Of a stretch of DNA of 64,000 nucleotides, positions 63,594-64,000 are shown in pieces; the first letter of the stretch is position 1, and each line of letters starts with the position of its first letter. Source of the stretch: Escherichia coli (GTDB taxonomy: Bacteria; Pseudomonadota; Gammaproteobacteria; Enterobacterales; Enterobacteriaceae). The notes beneath the pieces were generated by a model that was given only the letters and a program-made list of their open reading frames with translations, was not told where the DNA came from and did no database searches. A program made the translations under genes and the position numbers. Location: NCBI RefSeq assembly GCF_003334405.1, contig NZ_QOWM01000017.1; one strand, written 5' to 3'.

Positions 63594-63621
63594 TTGACTT
63601 ATAAGTCTCAGAAAGTAATAT
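63594..63621 (+). promoter_or_regulatory. Candidate sigma70 promoter of the serV-argV tRNA operon
   Basis: TTGACT -N16- TAATAT followed by a GC-rich discriminator (GTGCGCCACGC), ~55 bp upstream of tRNA-Ser. Confidence 0.55.
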
Positions 63622-63683
63622 GTGCGCCACGCAGCGACGATGAGCGATAAACAAGTTCTTCGAAGCACTCGTAAGAGGCGTGT

Positions 63684-63776
63684 GGTGAGGTGGCCGAGAG
63701 GCTGAAGGCGCTCCCCTGCTAAGGGAGTATGCGGTCAAAAGCTGCATCCGGGGTTCGAATCCCCGCCTCACCGCCA
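63684..63776 (+). tRNA. serV: tRNA-Ser (anticodon GCU)
   Basis: GGTGAGGTGGCCGAGAGGCTGAAGGCGCTCCCCTGCTAAGGGAG...GGGGTTCGAATCCCCGCCTCACCGCCA; long variable arm, encoded CCA. Confidence 0.95.
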
Positions 63777-63779
63777 TTT

Positions 63780-63856
63780 GCATCCGTAGCTCAGCTGGAT
63801 AGAGTACTCGGCTACGAACCGAGCGGTCGGAGGTTCGAATCCTCCCGGATGCACCA
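63780..63856 (+). tRNA. argV: tRNA-Arg (anticodon ACG)
   Basis: GCATCCGTAGCTCAGCTGGATAGAGTACTCGGCTACGAACCGAGCGGTCGGAGGTTCGAATCCTCCCGGATGCACCA; 3 bp after tRNA-Ser. Confidence 0.95.
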
Positions 63857-63971
63857 TATTCTACGTACTTTCAGCGATGAAGGTATGGAAGAGGTGGCGG
63901 TAATAACCGCAGGCACCAGGGAGGATAACGTTGCTTTAGCAACGGCCCGAAGGGCGAGCCGCAAGGCGAGT

Positions 63972-63990
63972 AATCCTCCCGGATGCACCA
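63972..63990 (+). other. 19-bp duplicate of the tRNA-Arg 3' end (T-arm/acceptor/CCA) without a tRNA 5' half
   Basis: AATCCTCCCGGATGCACCA is identical to argV 63838-63856; the preceding sequence (GCGAGCCGCAAGGCGAGT) cannot form the matching acceptor or T stems. Confidence 0.6.
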
Positions 63991-64000
63991 TCTCTTAATT

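Overview
This window reads as an ordinary Escherichia coli chromosomal segment, collinear with the K-12 cas/CRISPR to recA/csrA region but in reverse-complement orientation and from a non-K-12 strain. In order it carries the 3' half of a type I-E cas operon (casC partial, casD, casE, cas1, cas2), a CRISPR array of 18 repeats and 17 spacers, iap, cysDNC, ygbE, ftsB, ispDF, truD, surE, pcm, nlpD, rpoS, the ygbNMLKJ/ygbI acid-sugar island, pphB, mutS, ygbA, fhlA, hypEDCBA, hycABCDEFGHI, ascBFG, hydN-hypF, norWV/norR, the gut/srl sorbitol operon, mltB, pncC, recA-recX-alaS, csrA and tRNA-Ser/tRNA-Arg. Gene identities are from recognising the translated ORFs and conserved synteny; no search was run. 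I found no integrase, transposase, IS element or prophage block, and no convincing previously undescribed system. The most distinctive items are the strain-specific CRISPR spacers, cas genes that appear mosaic relative to K-12, an in-frame amber codon interrupting rpoS, a tRNA-Arg 3'-end duplicate at the window edge, and a few unexplained palindromes.
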